This document shows positions 48,996 to 62,780 of a DNA stretch of 64,000 nucleotides, piece after piece. Positions within the stretch are counted from its first letter, which is position 1, and each line of letters starts with the position of its first letter. The DNA is taken from contig CM126206.1 in NCBI GenBank assembly GCA_052327205.1, forward strand, positions 81,778,001 to 81,842,000, given 5' to 3'. A program made the position numbers and the translations under genes. Source of the DNA: Somniosus microcephalus (taxonomy: Eukaryota). Under the pieces are notes generated by a model. The model was given only the letters and a program-made list of their open reading frames with translations. It was not told the origin of the DNA and did not search any database.

Positions 48996-49830
48996 AACTA
49001 CTATTGCTACTTTTTTTATGTAGTGCGTTGGATATCCCCAGGTACTTTACAGGGGGATTGATGGACATTGAGCAGGAAGTAGCAGAGAAATTAGGGGAGA
49101 TGATCAAAGTTGCAGTAAGTGGTAGACTTTGAATAGACTGTTGAAGTGAGAGGGTGGCAACAAAGCAAAGCGGTTTAGGGAGAGAATTCCTCAGTGCAGT
49201 GTAGTGGCTCAAGGCTCCGCAACTGATGTTGAAGCAGAGATTAGAGGGAATTCACAACTAGACCAGAAACAGAAGGGTTCAGGGTCATTCTGGGATGTAG
49301 AGCTGGAGAATATCAGAAAGGTAGGGTGAGCAAGGCCATGGAGAGATTTCAAGAGGAGTATGAAAATGTTGAAATTAATAGGCTGGAGAACAAGGTGCCA
49401 GTGGAAGTCACCAGGGATGATGGCAATGGGTATGAGGGATTTTGTGTAGGATTGGATATAGGCCGCAGAGTTCTGGATGAGTTGGAACTTGTATATGGTA
49501 GAGTTAGAACGTTTGGCAAGATTAGTGTAGATGATGAACGTGTAGAAGATGATTTCATCACTAGTGGGAGCAAGGTTATGACATAGGCAGGCAATTTACA
49601 GAAGTGAAGGTAAATGGTCTTGGCGATGAAGTGGTTTGAAGTTCACCTTTTAATTGAATAGGACACTGCCTGCACAGCTTTGGGTTTCGTCTGAAGGAGC
49701 AACTAGGGAGGGAGATGGATTCAGTACAGGAGGGAGATGGATTCAGTACAGGAGGGAGATGGATTCAGTGCATGAGATGTAAAGTTTCTGACAGGAGTTG
49801 GTAGAATAAGCTGCCTTTGGTCTTGCCAAT
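48996..49830 (-). mobile_element. Old L2-like LINE fragment containing a 22-bp x3 tandem repeat (about 49707-49770)
   Basis: Minus strand LRNSLPKPL plus an L2-like tail, similar to 32290-32519. Repeat unit GGAGGGAGATGGATTCAGTACA. Confidence 0.6.
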
Positions 49831-51261
49831 ATGGATGCATTCGAAAAGCTTATATTAATTTATATATAACAAAGCATTAGAAATCTGTGAAAAACAGACT
49901 ATCGATTTTATCATATTGCGTCTATATTCACTTATTTAATTTATTTACAGTAGCATTAAATTGAACTGCATGAAATGTTTAAGATAAGTGAAAGATAAAA
50001 CTGCCCATTTAAAGTTTTAAATCCATCCTCAGCTCAACAAAAATGTATTATCAACTTCAATTAATAAAAGATTATTAAAAATCAAACCCTGTGCTGACTA
50101 GCAGCTAATACAATGCTGTGTTATGAATTAGTAGGGGTTCAAACTCACAGCAAGTTTCCAACGGCTGCAAGACCGTCAAGAGGAGGGGCTTTTCCACAAG
50201 GAAACAAGTGAGCAACTTCAGCCCACTCCTGTGAACAATAGAGCAATATGGGGGCAAGCTGCCTACCCAGTCTCGAGGGGAACACTACATGTTGTAGAGA
50301 AACCATAAAAAGCATGAAGAACATTTAAAAAAAATTAAATTGTGCAAAACGTTTTGACCAGACAACTACTTTTCCATGTACAACATTCCCCACACTACTA
50401 CTACAGTAATGTTCCTTAGTCTAAGTGATTAAAAGAAACAAAAAATAAATAGCAACTATTACAAACACAAATTCATACGTCAACCCCTTTAATTCCCTGC
50501 AAAGGATTTGTATAAATGTTCTTCAACTGGAAACTAAAGGTCAAAATTATTTTTTCAATGTCTGAGCACAAGCACAAAATTTAATTTGTGTCAGATAATT
50601 ATTGTTCAAATGTCAAGAAGCTTGCACCTAGGCTTAGGGGAAGGAGTCGACTGACTGAACCAGAACTGGCCATCCTTATTTATTGATTTGTTTACCCTTT
50701 TTCAACATTCATGATACAGGTACAATACTAAACTGAGAGATAAGACTTCTAATTACAAGTCTTTTTATCCTGAGGATTTTGTTCTGCAGCTAATTCCTGT
50801 TCCACTGAGATCATACGCAATGCTTGCAATGCACCCATAACCATCTGTTATGGTACAAACAAGATTCTGAGTGGTAAATTCTAAGTGACACTATGGAAGC
50901 AAACAAAAATATGGATGACTATCAACCATGCTTTCTGGATTAAAAATACTTTGAAAGATGTACTTATTTACAAAAATAGTAAACTAAGCTGGCATTTAAT
51001 CTCCCACCCAATCCAGTTGTGTCCATGTATGCAGGGTATCCTATATTCCTGTGAGATCAGATCTATTATCAATTTAATTTTTGAATTATTCATTACAATT
51101 TTTCATTTTCAATCACCAAATCACAAAATCACTTTAGTCTGAATCACATAATTCAGTGTGGTTCAATTGCAGGCACGAACCAAACATTGAGATGGAGTGT
51201 AATGGTTACTTTCAGATTTGTACATTCTTGCTTACTATCTGTTTGCAGCTAAAAAAACTGT

Positions 51262-51420
51262 CAGCTTGACTAAGTTGGTGGCCCCCTCACCTCTGAGGCA
51301 GCAGGCTGTGGGTTCAAGACCCACTCCAGAGACTTAGGCACATAATCTCACTGACGTTTCAGAATCTCACTGACGTTTCATAGGTGCTGCCTTTTGGATG
51401 AGATGTTAACCAGGACCTAC
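51262..51420 (+). mobile_element. DeuSINE 5' fragment with an 18-bp internal tandem duplication
   Basis: B box GTGGGTTCAAGACCC, AATCTCACTGACGTTTCA twice, and GGATGAGATGTTAA. Confidence 0.55.
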
Positions 51421-53123
51421 CTACTTTGGTGGCAGATCGGCAGAAACGCAGGAGAAACAGTGCAAGCAGCCAAAAACAGGCATGTACTCCATTTCTTTCG
51501 GTTAGAGCAATTGACCAGTGGTAGCTCCGCAGAATTTCAGGGAAATAATGTTTTGATATGTTCGTAAAAGCACATCAAAGCTACCAAGGAACAGAAAAAT
51601 GCAAAAGTTTAGCAACAAATTGCAGCCACGGTGAGCCGATGCCCACCGTGCAACACGTACAGAAGTGTACAAACAGGCAATGGAAGCACAAACAGGCTGG
51701 GGTAGAAAGTTGGGATTGATATATTTTGAATTTCATCCAAATAAATATTTAACCATCATAAACTAGGAACATAGGAATTGCTAGACGAAGAGACAATGAG
51801 CCCTCGCGTTCGCCTGCTACCATCCTGGTAGTCACATGATACAACAATGATGGCACTGTTGACTAATTATAGCAATCAATCTCTAGCAATTAGTCTACAA
51901 CAGACCCCCGCAGAAATTAATGCTGATGATCTTCAATAGCAAGTAGTTACTCATCTAAATGGTCCACTAATCCTGAACTGATGGTAACCATAAAAACCAA
52001 GATGAAAAAAAAAATCTAACCTTTACGTAAATTATACAAATAACAAAAGAATGAATTACAGAGGTCCTCATCGGTTAAGAGAATGTACATAAACGAGTAG
52101 CAGCATCGACTAACGACAAGTAATACATTTCTGTTACTCAACTGAATGATAAATTTCTGGCTACAATGTGTAACCTAAATAACTGGCAAAATTCTGCATT
52201 TAGTTAAGTTACTAGGCACGTAAACGTTCAGTCGATAAAAATTAAACTGATAAATTTGAATTCTTGAAATACCAATCAAGTAGTGAGGAACTAGACTGTT
52301 TTCATACAATCCTGGGGCTCATATAATGTAAGAAACTGCCAAATTTACTTTTCTGGTTTATGGCATCTTGCAAATTTCTCAATTTTGTCTTATTATTCCT
52401 TCTGAGATATCGAGAAAAACTTTAAAAGTTTGTGAAAATCACAATCGCTTTATCGCACCATATAAACAACAAAACATTGGCTTTCAGTTACCAAACACTG
52501 ATATTTTGGGCAGATTTTGATTAATTGACTATTTTAGCAATTATTTTAAGAAATCACATTTAATTTTCAATAACCAACTTTAAATGAGGAAATCATAAAG
52601 CCATCTTTACTTACAAACCTTAGTGGTCAAATATTAGATACATGCTCAAAATTTGGACAAAATATTTTAATTGGGTAACTTTTAATACCTCTTCTTAACC
52701 CATCTAATTACCTTGTTGCATAGAAGTTGAATATCACTGTGACCGTCACAGTTATAGAAAGAGTCACCCTAGTCATTGAGGTTGTTAATAAGTCAGCCTA
52801 CAGTAGATGGCATAGCTCAAATCAGTACCGTAATTTAACAAGTAATATTCCAGGTTTACTTTTTCCATTTGCTCTACAATATCACCTCTCAGACCTGTCC
52901 TTGCTGAAAACCCTCAAGTTTCTCCAGTCTTTCAACCATATTCAATCATTGACACTAGAGATCAGTCTTGTGGCTCTTCTCTGCACTGCCTCAAATGCTT
53001 GAATGTTTTTCTGTGTCGCGGAGACCGCAAGGTGCAGCCTGACCAGAGCACTCTACTCTTTGGTCATGAGTTCCTTTGATTTGTATTCTATCGTTTTAAC
53101 TACTGTATGTAGTTCACCATTCT

Positions 53124-54048
53124 GACAAAAGGTCATCGACCTGAAACATTAACTCTGGGCTGGATTTTGCCAATGGGGAGCTTTTGGAGGCGAGACTCCC
53201 ACTTGTCGTGTTTCAGTCCCGCCTCCATCAACTTCTGGCCAACCCACGCTACTTTTCCTTGATTGACCTTGTTAAGCCTGCCTAGCGGGCTTAGCAGGCC
53301 AATTAAGGGAAAGCCGGTTACAGATGAATTGTCATCATTTGACAGCTCTGTGAAGCTGTCAAACACGGACATTCTCTGTAGTTTGATGAGTTCTTGAATT
53401 CAAGACTCATCAAACCTCTTTATTTAGCAGAAATTGGATGGTTGCTGCATTGGAGAATGCAACGGCCATCTGTCATCTCTGCCACGGAGGTGCGAAACTC
53501 TCCGCACACCCAACTCTTGAAGCCTACAGGAATAAACAAAGGTAAGTAAACATTTTCTATCACTTTCCACTTACCTCACACACTCACCTCTCCACACTTG
53601 CACCCATCACTTACCTCCACAGTGCACTTTTGCACCCCTCTGACCCCCGCAGTCCCACTACTTACCTCGGTGACCCTGGCAGGATTCAGAGCTTTCGGGA
53701 AGCCCGCACTTGTGTGGACAAAATGGGGATAATCCTCTTAACTGCCTGTTAACAGGCAGATAAGTTACACTAATCCCCTTCCTGCCTCCAAGGAGACAGG
53801 ACCCGACGCGGGTCGGCTACCCACCTCCTGGTAAGATGGCACGGAGGTGGGTTGGGGGCGGGTTGGGTACCCGCCCCTAGATTCTGCCATTTTCCCGGCA
53901 GTCCCACCTCCATACCCGCCTCCCCAGGGATGGCAAGATCGCGCCCTCTGTTTCTCTCTCTCTACAGATGCTGCCTGACCTGCTGAGTATTTACAACATT
54001 TTCTGTTTTTATTTCAGATTTCCAGCATCCGTGGTATTTTGCTTTCGT
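53124..54048 (+). mobile_element. Short Penelope terminal insert, interrupted by a MITE
   Basis: TSD A(G/A)TTCACCATTCT (53111-53123 / 54049-54061). Hammerhead-derived GGTCATCGACCTGAAAC, and the same 3' end as the other copies. Confidence 0.8.
53157..53946. mobile_element. Non-autonomous Harbinger element (about 790 bp)
   Basis: TCT TSD (53154-53156 / 53947-53949). TIRs GGGCTGGATTTTGCC / GGCAAGATCGCGCCC. Removing it restores the Penelope sequence AACTCTGTTTCTCTC. Confidence 0.85.
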
Positions 54049-54838
54049 AATTCACCATTCTATTGGCTGTGTTAATTGCTGCTCTGCATTTGTTGGATAT
54101 TTTGAGTGTTGAGTTTACCAAGACTCCTGGGTCCCTTTCAACATCATCCTTCACTATTTAAACACCATTTTTTTCTGACGTGTAGCAATTTACACGTGTC
54201 CATATTAAATTTCATCAGCCATTGTTCTGCTCACTCGCATATTTTATACAACTCATTTTATAATTTCTGAGATGCCTCCTCCAATTCCACTGCCCCTCCT
54301 AGTTTGGTATCATCTGCACATTTGACCACTTTGCATTGAATATCTGAATCCAGGTCATTTATGTGAATCAGAAACAATAATGGTCGCAGCACCAAGCCCT
54401 GAAGTCCCCCAGTTCACCCTGCCCCGACATGACTCGTCTATTGAGTCGTCATTGTATTCTACCATTCAGGCTATTTTTTTTATCCATTCCCAGGGTTTAC
54501 CCTGAATTCGTAATGCTTTGCGTCTAACTAATAGTCTTGTGTGGATCTTTATCAAATGCCTTTCATTTTGTAGGTCTCCCCACAATCAAAGAGATTGGTC
54601 AGGTAGGATCTTCACTTCTGAATTCATGTTGACTGCTGTTAATTAGGTTATTATTGTACAGATAGCCCTCAAGTTTATTCCTGGAAATGGATTCCGTTCT
54701 GTTTAGTGAACAATTAGAGAAATGCTAGACTTCAGCGGCAACTGAAATAACACCAACATTATTTTAAGATGCACACTGATTGGTCACACAAAACATTTTA
54801 AATGCGTATGGCAGGACGGAGCCTCAGCCAAAGTTATG

Positions 54839-56689
54839 GGGGGGAGTTTTTCGGGGGCGGGGGGGGGGGTGGTCAGCGGGCGCACTTGGTGGGGAGTTGG
54901 CTGGGGAAACAAATATTTGACAGCGGGTAGGGAACCCGCTATCAACCCACCGCCGTGCTAGTTTCCCAGATGTCAGGTTTGTCAGAGCTAAACAGACCCA
55001 ACACTAAGCGGCGGGGGAGGTAATTTAGATGATTAAGAGCTTGTTAATAGCCTGTTAGAGAATTCTGAGTTCACCATAACATTTTATGAGGTCGCCACGG
55101 GTTCCACGCTGCTTGGGGATCACGTCAGGTAAGGAGGTCGGGAGTTGTGTAACCATGAAATGATCTCTTTACTTGACTGCTGCAAATGTGCTATAAAAGC
55201 TCCCATCTCACAGCTGTCACTTTCCAAGCTCAGAAGCTGTTGCTTACTGCATTTTGAAGACAGATTGAGCTTTATACAGGATGTAAGTGTTTGGAGCTAA
55301 CATTTACTCGTTTGTTGAAGAAGTTTTTTTGGGTTCTGGTTAAAAGTAGTTTACTTGAAGTGATTTTTTGATATTGTTGTGGGACTTGTTGGAAAAACCC
55401 CTCTCACCATTAAAAGATCGCTTCTGTCACCTCAACTTCACCTGCCATCTATTACATCAGCATCGGTGCCCTTGAAAGTATCTCACCTTGATTCTCAGAA
55501 TCCCACCATGATCAGCCCCAACACCAGCAGCACCAGGCAAATCAGCAGAACCAACAACAACAACCTTCTCCGCAATCAACTGATGCTGCACAGGACACAG
55601 GGCATCAGCACCCAAGCACCCTGCTGCCCGGGTGGCCAGGGATGGCCTCATCATAGCCAGATTTACTTCACTTAACGTTGTACACCCTGCTGCCACATGA
55701 TACGACAGGTTGGCACCACCCCACACCAACACCATAAAGTATCCCTACAATGCCCAAGCAATTCCTTTCACACTCATCAGCATTGAGGGGGGTACAGTTA
55801 TGTCTCATCATTCATTGCAACTCACTAAGCCACTTCCAAAGGTGCACATAAATCTGTCCAAGAATGCAAAGTGTTGAAAATAAAGATTTCAATGTTTGAC
55901 AGCACATTAACAGAAACTTCACACGAACATTGACTAAAACACCCAAGTGCCTTCCCTTGTGTGTTGTTAGTTGGTATGATTGGACTAGGATGAGGGCGAG
56001 TGCGAGGGGTGCTAGTGAGTATGAGGGGTGATAATGTAGATTGAGAGAGGGGGATGGGTGGAAGTGCAAGGTAAGTTGGTGTGAGTAAGGATGTGCAGGA
56101 GTAGGGTCGGGAAGGCAGAGTGATGGGGATGTGATGAGTGGCACAGCAGGATGAGGTTGAGTGTGGCTTTGCAGTAACATTTCATGATCTACTGTGATCA
56201 TTGAAACGTTTGCGCCACAGCAGCCTGGTTCGCCTGATGACATAACATCCCTGCTTGTGTCCTCCTGTGCAATGTGCAACCAGGCTGCGTTAATCCCCTG
56301 GGGAGGTCTGTTCCGCCCATGGGAAGGGAAGAGGACTCCCTGCGTGCTGTGACTCCCTCCATAAGCTTATGGAGGGAGTCATGGGTTGAGACTGGGTGCA
56401 GCCGTGGACCTCTGTGCTGTGCTTGTCAGTGTTTGCAGCACCTCAATGCTGCAGAAGAATGACGGAACATCTGTCCAAATAAATTTGCGCACGGTCCCTT
56501 TAAGGAATCCGGCTGATGATGCATCATCAAGTGACATCATCAGACCTGCTTCCCTCAATTGGCCGGCAAATGCGCTGGGCGGGCTGAACAAGCCCAATCA
56601 ACGTAAAGTCACTTTGGGCAGCAGCGAGGTCGGGACCCGCCACCAACCCTGGCCGCACTGCACCCGCCAAGGTTTGGCAAATCGCGGCC
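54839..56689 (-). mobile_element. Degenerate internally deleted Harbinger derivative
   Basis: Candidate ATG TSD. Myb exon-1-like remnant on the minus strand near 56180-56430 (ending ...RKRFND). A Q/H-rich stretch like the transposase leader lies on + near 55500-55650. TIRs are poor. Confidence 0.55.
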
Positions 56690-56699
56690 ATGATGTTTT

Positions 56700-59603
56700 A
56701 CCACCCGCCATCGACCTCGGCACCGGCTACGGACATGGCAACAGCACACCCAGCCCAGTCAACCCTGCAAAGTCCTCCTTACCAATATCTGGGGACTTGT
56801 GCCAAAATTGGGAGAGCTGTCCCACAGACTAGTCAAGCAACAGCCTGACATAGTCATACTCACAGAATCATACCTTTCAGCCAATGTCCCAAACTCCTCC
56901 ATCACCATCCCTGGGTATGTCCTGTTCCACCGGCAGGACAGACCCACCAGGGGTGGTGGCACAGCGGTATACAGTCGGCAAGGAGTGGCCCTGGGAATCC
57001 TCAACATTGACTCCGGACCCCATGAAGTCTCATGGCTTCAGGTCAAGCATGGGCAAGGAATCCCCCTGCTGATTACCACCTACCGCCCTCCCTCAGCTGA
57101 TGAATCAGTACTCCTCCAAGTTGAAGACCACTTGGAAGAATTGCTGAGAGTAGCAAGGGCACAGAATGTACTCTGGGTAGGGGACTTCACTGTCCATCAC
57201 CAAGAGTGGCTCGGTAGCATCACTACTGACCAAGCTGGCTGAGTCCTGAAGGACATAACTGCTAGTCTGGGCCTGCGACAGGAGGTGAGTGAACCAAAAA
57301 GAGGGAAAAACATACTTGACCTTGTCCTCACCAATCTACCTGTTGCAGATGCATCTGTCCATGATAGCATTGGTAGCAGTGACCACCGCACAGTCATTGT
57401 GAAGGTGAAGTCCCGTCTTCACACTGAGGACACTCTCCATCGTGCTGTGTGGCACTACCACTGTGCTAAATGGGATAGATTCAGAACAGATCTAGCAGCT
57501 CAAAACGGGGCATCCATGAGGCGCTGTGGGCCATCAGCAGCAGCAGAATTGTATTCCACCACAATCTGTAACCTCATGGCCCGGCATATCCCTCACTCTA
57601 CCATTACCACCAAGCCAGGGGACCAACTCTGGTTCAACAACGAGTGTAGAAGAGCATGCCAGGAGCAGCACCAGGTGTACCTAAAAATGAGGTGCCAACC
57701 TGGGGAAGCTACAACACAGGACTACATGCATGCTAAAAAGCGGAAGCAGCATGCTATAGACAGGGTTAAGCGATCCCACAATCAACTGATCAGATCAAAG
57801 CTCTGCAGTCCTGCCACATCCAGTCGTGAATGGTGGTGGACCATTAAACAACTAACGGGAGGAGGAGGCTCCAAGAATATCCCCATCCTCAATGATGGTG
57901 GAGCCCAGCACGAGTGCAAAAGACAAGGCTGAAGCGTTTGCAACCAACTTCAGCCAGAAGTGCCAAGTGAATAATCCATACCAGCCTACTCCTGAGGTTC
58001 CCACCATCACAGAAGCCATTCTTCAGCCAATTCAATTCACTCCACGTGATATCAAGAAACGGCTGAGCGCACTGGATACAGCAAAGGCTATGGGCCCCGC
58101 CAACATCCCGGCTATCGTACTGAAGACTTGTGCTCCAGAACAAGCCGTGCCTCTAGCCAAGCTGTTCCAGTACAGCTACAACACTGGCATCTATCCGACA
58201 ATGTGGAAAACTGCCCAGGTATGTCCTGTCCACAAAAAGCAGGACAAATCCAACCCGGCCAATTACCGCTCCATCAGTCTACTCTCAATCATCAGCAAAG
58301 TGATGGAAGGTGTCATTGACAGTGCTATCAAGCGGCACTTACTCACCAATAGCCTGCTCACCGATGCTCAGTTTGGGTTCCGCCAGGACCACTTGGCTCC
58401 TGACCTCATTACAGCCTTGGTCCAAACACGGACAAAGGAGCTGAATTCCAGAGGTGAGGTGAGAGTGACTGCCCTTGACATCAAGGCAGCATTTGACCGA
58501 GTCTGGCATCAAGGAGCCCTAGTAAAACTGAAGTCAATGGGAATCGAGGGGAAAACGCTCCACTGGCTGGAGTCATACCTAGCACAAAGGAAGATGGTTG
58601 TGGTGGTTGAAGGTCAATCATCACAGCCCCAGGACATCGCTGCAGGAGTTCCTCAGGGCAGTGTCCTAGGCCCAACCATCTTCAGCTGCTTCATCAATGA
58701 CCTTCCCTCCAACATAAAGTCAGAAATGGGGATGTTCGCTGATGACTGCACAGTGTTCAGCGCCATTTGCAACTCCACAGATAATGAAGCAGTCCATGTC
58801 CAGATGCAACAAGACCTGGACAACGTTCAGACTTGGGCTGTTAAGTGACGGGTAACATTTGCGCCACAGAAGTGCCAGGCAATGACATTCAATGGCATTA
58901 CCATCGCCGAATCCCCCACTATCAACATCCTGGGGGTCACCATTAACCAGGAACTTAACTGGACCAGCCACATAAATACTGTGGCAACAAGAGCAGGTCA
59001 GAGACTAGGTATTCTGCGGCGAGTGTCTCACCTCCTGACTCCCCAAAGCCTTTCCACCATCTACAAGGCACAAGTAAGGAGTGTGATGGAATACTCTCCA
59101 CTTGCCTGGATGAGTGCAGCTGCAACAACACTCAAGAAGCTCGACACCATCCAGGACAAAGCAGCCCGCGTGATTGGCACCCCATCTACCACCTTAAACA
59201 TTCACTCCCTCCACCACTGAAGTACCGTGGCTGCAGTGTGTACCATCTACAAGATTGCACTGCAGCAACTCGCCAAGGCTTATTCGGCGGCCCCTCCCAA
59301 ACCCGCAACCTCTTCCACCTAGAAGGACAAGGGCAGCAGGCGCATGGGAACACCACCACCTCCAAGTTCCCCTCCAGGTCACATACCATCCTGACTTAGA
59401 AGTATATCGCCGTTCCTTCATCGTCGCTGGGTCAAAATCCTGGAACTCCCTAACTAACGGCACTGTGGGAGTACCATCACCACATGGACGGCAGCGGTTC
59501 AAGAAGGCGGCTCACCACCACCTTCTCGAGGGCAACTAGGGATGGGCAATAAATGCTGGCATTGCCAGCGACGCTCTGATCCCATAAACAAATTTAAAAA
59601 AAA
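56700..59603 (+). mobile_element. CR1/L2-group LINE, nearly full APE-RT ORF, decayed
   Basis: APE motifs PDIVILTESYL, YRPP, VGDF, LDLVLTN, SDH. RT motifs KAMGP, LDIKAAFDRVWH, GVPQGSVLGP, FADD. Stops at 57240, 58846 and 59218, frameshift near 57910. AATAAA and an A-rich end. Confidence 0.9.
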
Positions 59604-60376
59604 CATAACCCTGATTTACATAAATATTTCATTGAAATTCCTGCAGCGTGACCCCTTTGCTCAGCCCAAAATGTAGATATTAGAAAATTGGGCACGACAC
59701 AAATCCAGCACATAAAACCAGGGGCCTGATTTTCTGACCTCTGCCTGCCCCAGTAAGGCTTCAAACCATCAGCAGAACCTCATATAATTTACCCTCATGT
59801 TTCATGTATAAAATATTAAATTAGATTACCATTCCTGCCCTGCTGTTCGGTTGCACGTGCTCCTGTTATACAACTCAGTCAGTCTCCCTTGTGAATATGA
59901 GCCTGAAAAGAAATTAGCCCCATTTAGCCAGCACATGCAGTTGCCCTGCCTGTAATCATGGACTTTTAAATCCATTTTACACAAAACCCCAACTGCCCTC
60001 AAACCATAACCTTGCTAGCTTTTGTGTGTGCACTGAAAGATAATCATTGAGCATTCCTAATTTAATTTGGTACAAAAAGGGCATCATATTTTTGTGCTAT
60101 TTTCTTTCTTAATAAGCACAAGTATTATTTACATATTAAAGCACATCTATTGACAGTTTTTCTTTTTTCTTTTAAACCAAGACTATCTTTGTCCAGAATA
60201 ACTCACCTCTTTACTGCTGGAAGCCATGTGTTAAAGGCAGTTGTTTTATTTAATACTTACATGTTTTATGCGATGCATAAAAATGTTGCTTGGAGTAAAT
60301 AATTAAACACCTATTTTTCTTGTTATTGTCCACACTAAGGCTTAGCTGAAGACCTGAATTTCGCGAATAGTATTTC

Positions 60377-60620
60377 ATAGAAACATAGAAAAATAGGAGC
60401 AGGAATAGGCCATTCAGCCCTTCGAGCCTGCTCCACCATTCAATATGATCATGGCTGATCGTCTGTCTCAATACCATATTCCCACTCTCTCCCCATACCC
60501 TTTGATGCCTTTTGTGTCTAGAAATCTATCTATCTATCTCCTTTTTAAATATATTCAGTGACTTGGCCTCTACAGCCTTCTGTAGTAGAGAATTCCACAG
60601 GTTCACCACCCTCTGAGTGA
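60377..60620 (-). mobile_element. CR1 3'-end fragment
   Basis: CATAGAAACATAGAAAAATAGGAGCAGGA tail with the RT C-terminus, homologous to 36792-37030. Confidence 0.85.
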
Positions 60621-61334
60621 ATTTCCATCAAATCCATCATGGATTTCCAACATATGTGATTCAGTCATCAGGTACCAGGCTGAGCCAAAGCAGTTGCTGA
60701 AAGATGTGGAACTTGCAGCACCTTTTTATAAAGCACTCTCTTCCTTCCCAGTAATGATGTGAGACAGCTACAGGAATCACAGATCTGAATAATTGACAAA
60801 GGAAGCGCAATGCTCCTGCAGACTTTGCACCAGCAGTGTAATTATTACTGTACATTTTTTATGAAATAAAAATCTTTAGTCAAAGTCCACATGTAGGCAC
60901 TGGAATGAAAATTAGAAGCTTTTTAATTATTTGCACTAAATGATTTTTATTTTCATATGCATCACGTAACACACACACACATATATATACAAAAGTAACT
61001 GCTGGCTTTAACAAATGTTTGTTGTAATGTTTAGCTGCTAAAGTGCAACTATATTTGATCTAGCCTCTCCCTGCTGAGCTGGTCTCAAAGTGAATTGCGA
61101 GGTCAATTAGAAGCTAATTGCCGAGGGATATTTTAGTGGTGTGGCAGCTGTTTGTTAATAACCATTAGAGGTTTCCCTTGGGGAGAAGTCAGGTTATCAA
61201 GGTCAGAAAAGCCAGCACGAAATGACTGGCCCGGAATTACCTCAAAGCTGCTCCTGCTCCACCACTGTAACTTTCCCGAAAGTGTGGCAGAAACCCAGTT
61301 ATACGTGTTTATACATTTGACACTTTCCGTTGTT

Positions 61335-61488
61335 GGGGTGAAATTGGTCTTCATCGGTAGTGCAAAATGGGCTCATAGCAAATTGACAGCCCGTTTCAAA
61401 CTGCACCTGATTTTCTTTTCTATTGAAGTCAATGGGCTGCCAATTCGCTGAGATTGTTTCAGGCTACTGGCATGGACCAATTTCAGCC
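61335..61488. mobile_element. Short Harbinger-type MITE
   Basis: Ends GGGGTGAAATTGGTC / GACCAATTTCAGCCC. Confidence 0.6.
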
Positions 61489-61700
61489 CAAGATGTCTTA
61501 AGAGTGATGGATGCATGCTAACTGCAAAACTTGCTATTTGGATTAAGTTTCCCCTCAACTACATCTCTCACAAATATTCGTTCATTGACTGGTTGTTATA
61601 GTAGGTATGAAGGTTAGCTGTGGATTGCCCATGGAAAACAAAATTTAACACAAGGAACTACTTTGCAAGTTCAGGAATAAGACAACGAGGTTTAAACTAA

Positions 61701-62349
61701 CACAAAAGCAAAATACTGCGGATGCTGGAAATCTGAAATGAAAACAGAAAATGCTGGAACTACTCAGCAGGTCAGGCAGCATCTGTAGAGAGAGAAACAG
61801 AGTTAACGTATCAGGTCGATGACCATTCATCAGAACTGGAAAAAGTTGGCGATGTAACAGGTTTTTAAGCAAGTGTAGGGGCTGGGAAAGGGGGAGGGGA
61901 GGAAAAAACAAAAGGGAAGGTTTGTGATAGAATGGAAGACAGGAGAGATTAAGAGACAAAAGGGATGATGGTGCAAGGCAAAAGCAGATGGTAATGGGAC
62001 AAGTTAAGAAACAAAAGATGACTCTAGATGAAGTGTAAATGGCAATGGCAGGATGATCAACAGCTACCATGTGAGAGAGAGAAAAAAATGATTGGGGCTG
62101 AGGTTATGGTCTGAAATTGGTGAGTCCAGAAGGCTGTAAAGTGCCTAATCGAAAGATGAGGTGCTGTTCCTCGAGCTTACGCTGAGCTTCATTGGAACAG
62201 TGTAACAGGCCAAGGACGGAGAGGTCAGAGTGGGAGTGAAGCGGAAAATTAAAGTGACAGGCGACCGGAAGCTCGGGGTCACCCTTACGGACTGAACGGA
62301 GGTGTTCTGCAAAGCGGTCACCCAATCTGCGTTTGATCTCCCCAATGTA
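61701..62349 (-). mobile_element. Penelope-like element 3' part (GIY-YIG C-terminus and terminus with hammerhead motif at 61801-61837)
   Basis: Perfect 14-bp TSD GAGGTTTAAACTAA (61687-61700 / 62350-62363). ORF 62104-62325 reads GDRFAEHLRSV...PVACHFN. Confidence 0.9.
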
Positions 62350-62780
62350 GAGGTTTAAACTAAGGTGATCGCTCTCTTTTTCTGAACTGCTGAATTTAGG
62401 TACAAATTAAAGTCAAACTTTTTCAAAAGATATGGAATAGCTGTTCATTTATTCTGCTACTGATAGCTAAGAGCTAAGCAATACATAATTTTGTTTGTCA
62501 GACTTTGGTGTCATGTGCGAACTACTTTGTCACATTTGCATCTGATTGGCTCAAGTTTCCTATTTAGAAAACAGTAACAAATCACCATTGAACAAGTTCC
62601 CCTACCAATTTACAAATACCAAGCAGAAATAAAAACTGCCAATCATTAAGTTGAAAAAGCTATAAATCAAAAACGGGCAATAAAAACACTTATACGCCAA
62701 TGAAAAGAGGGTAAACCAATTAAAACATTTTTTTGAAAATGCTTTTGGACACCATCCTGGGTGCTCCATGAAGCGGAGGA

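Larger units (their letters stand above)
52870..54690 (-). mobile_element. Old CR1 RT fragment hosting a nested Penelope insert and MITE
   Basis: Degenerate CR1-like sequence, e.g. CCTCCTAGTTTGGTATCATCTGCA (revcomp ADDTKLGG) and TTATCAAATGCC (AFDK). Confidence 0.6.
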
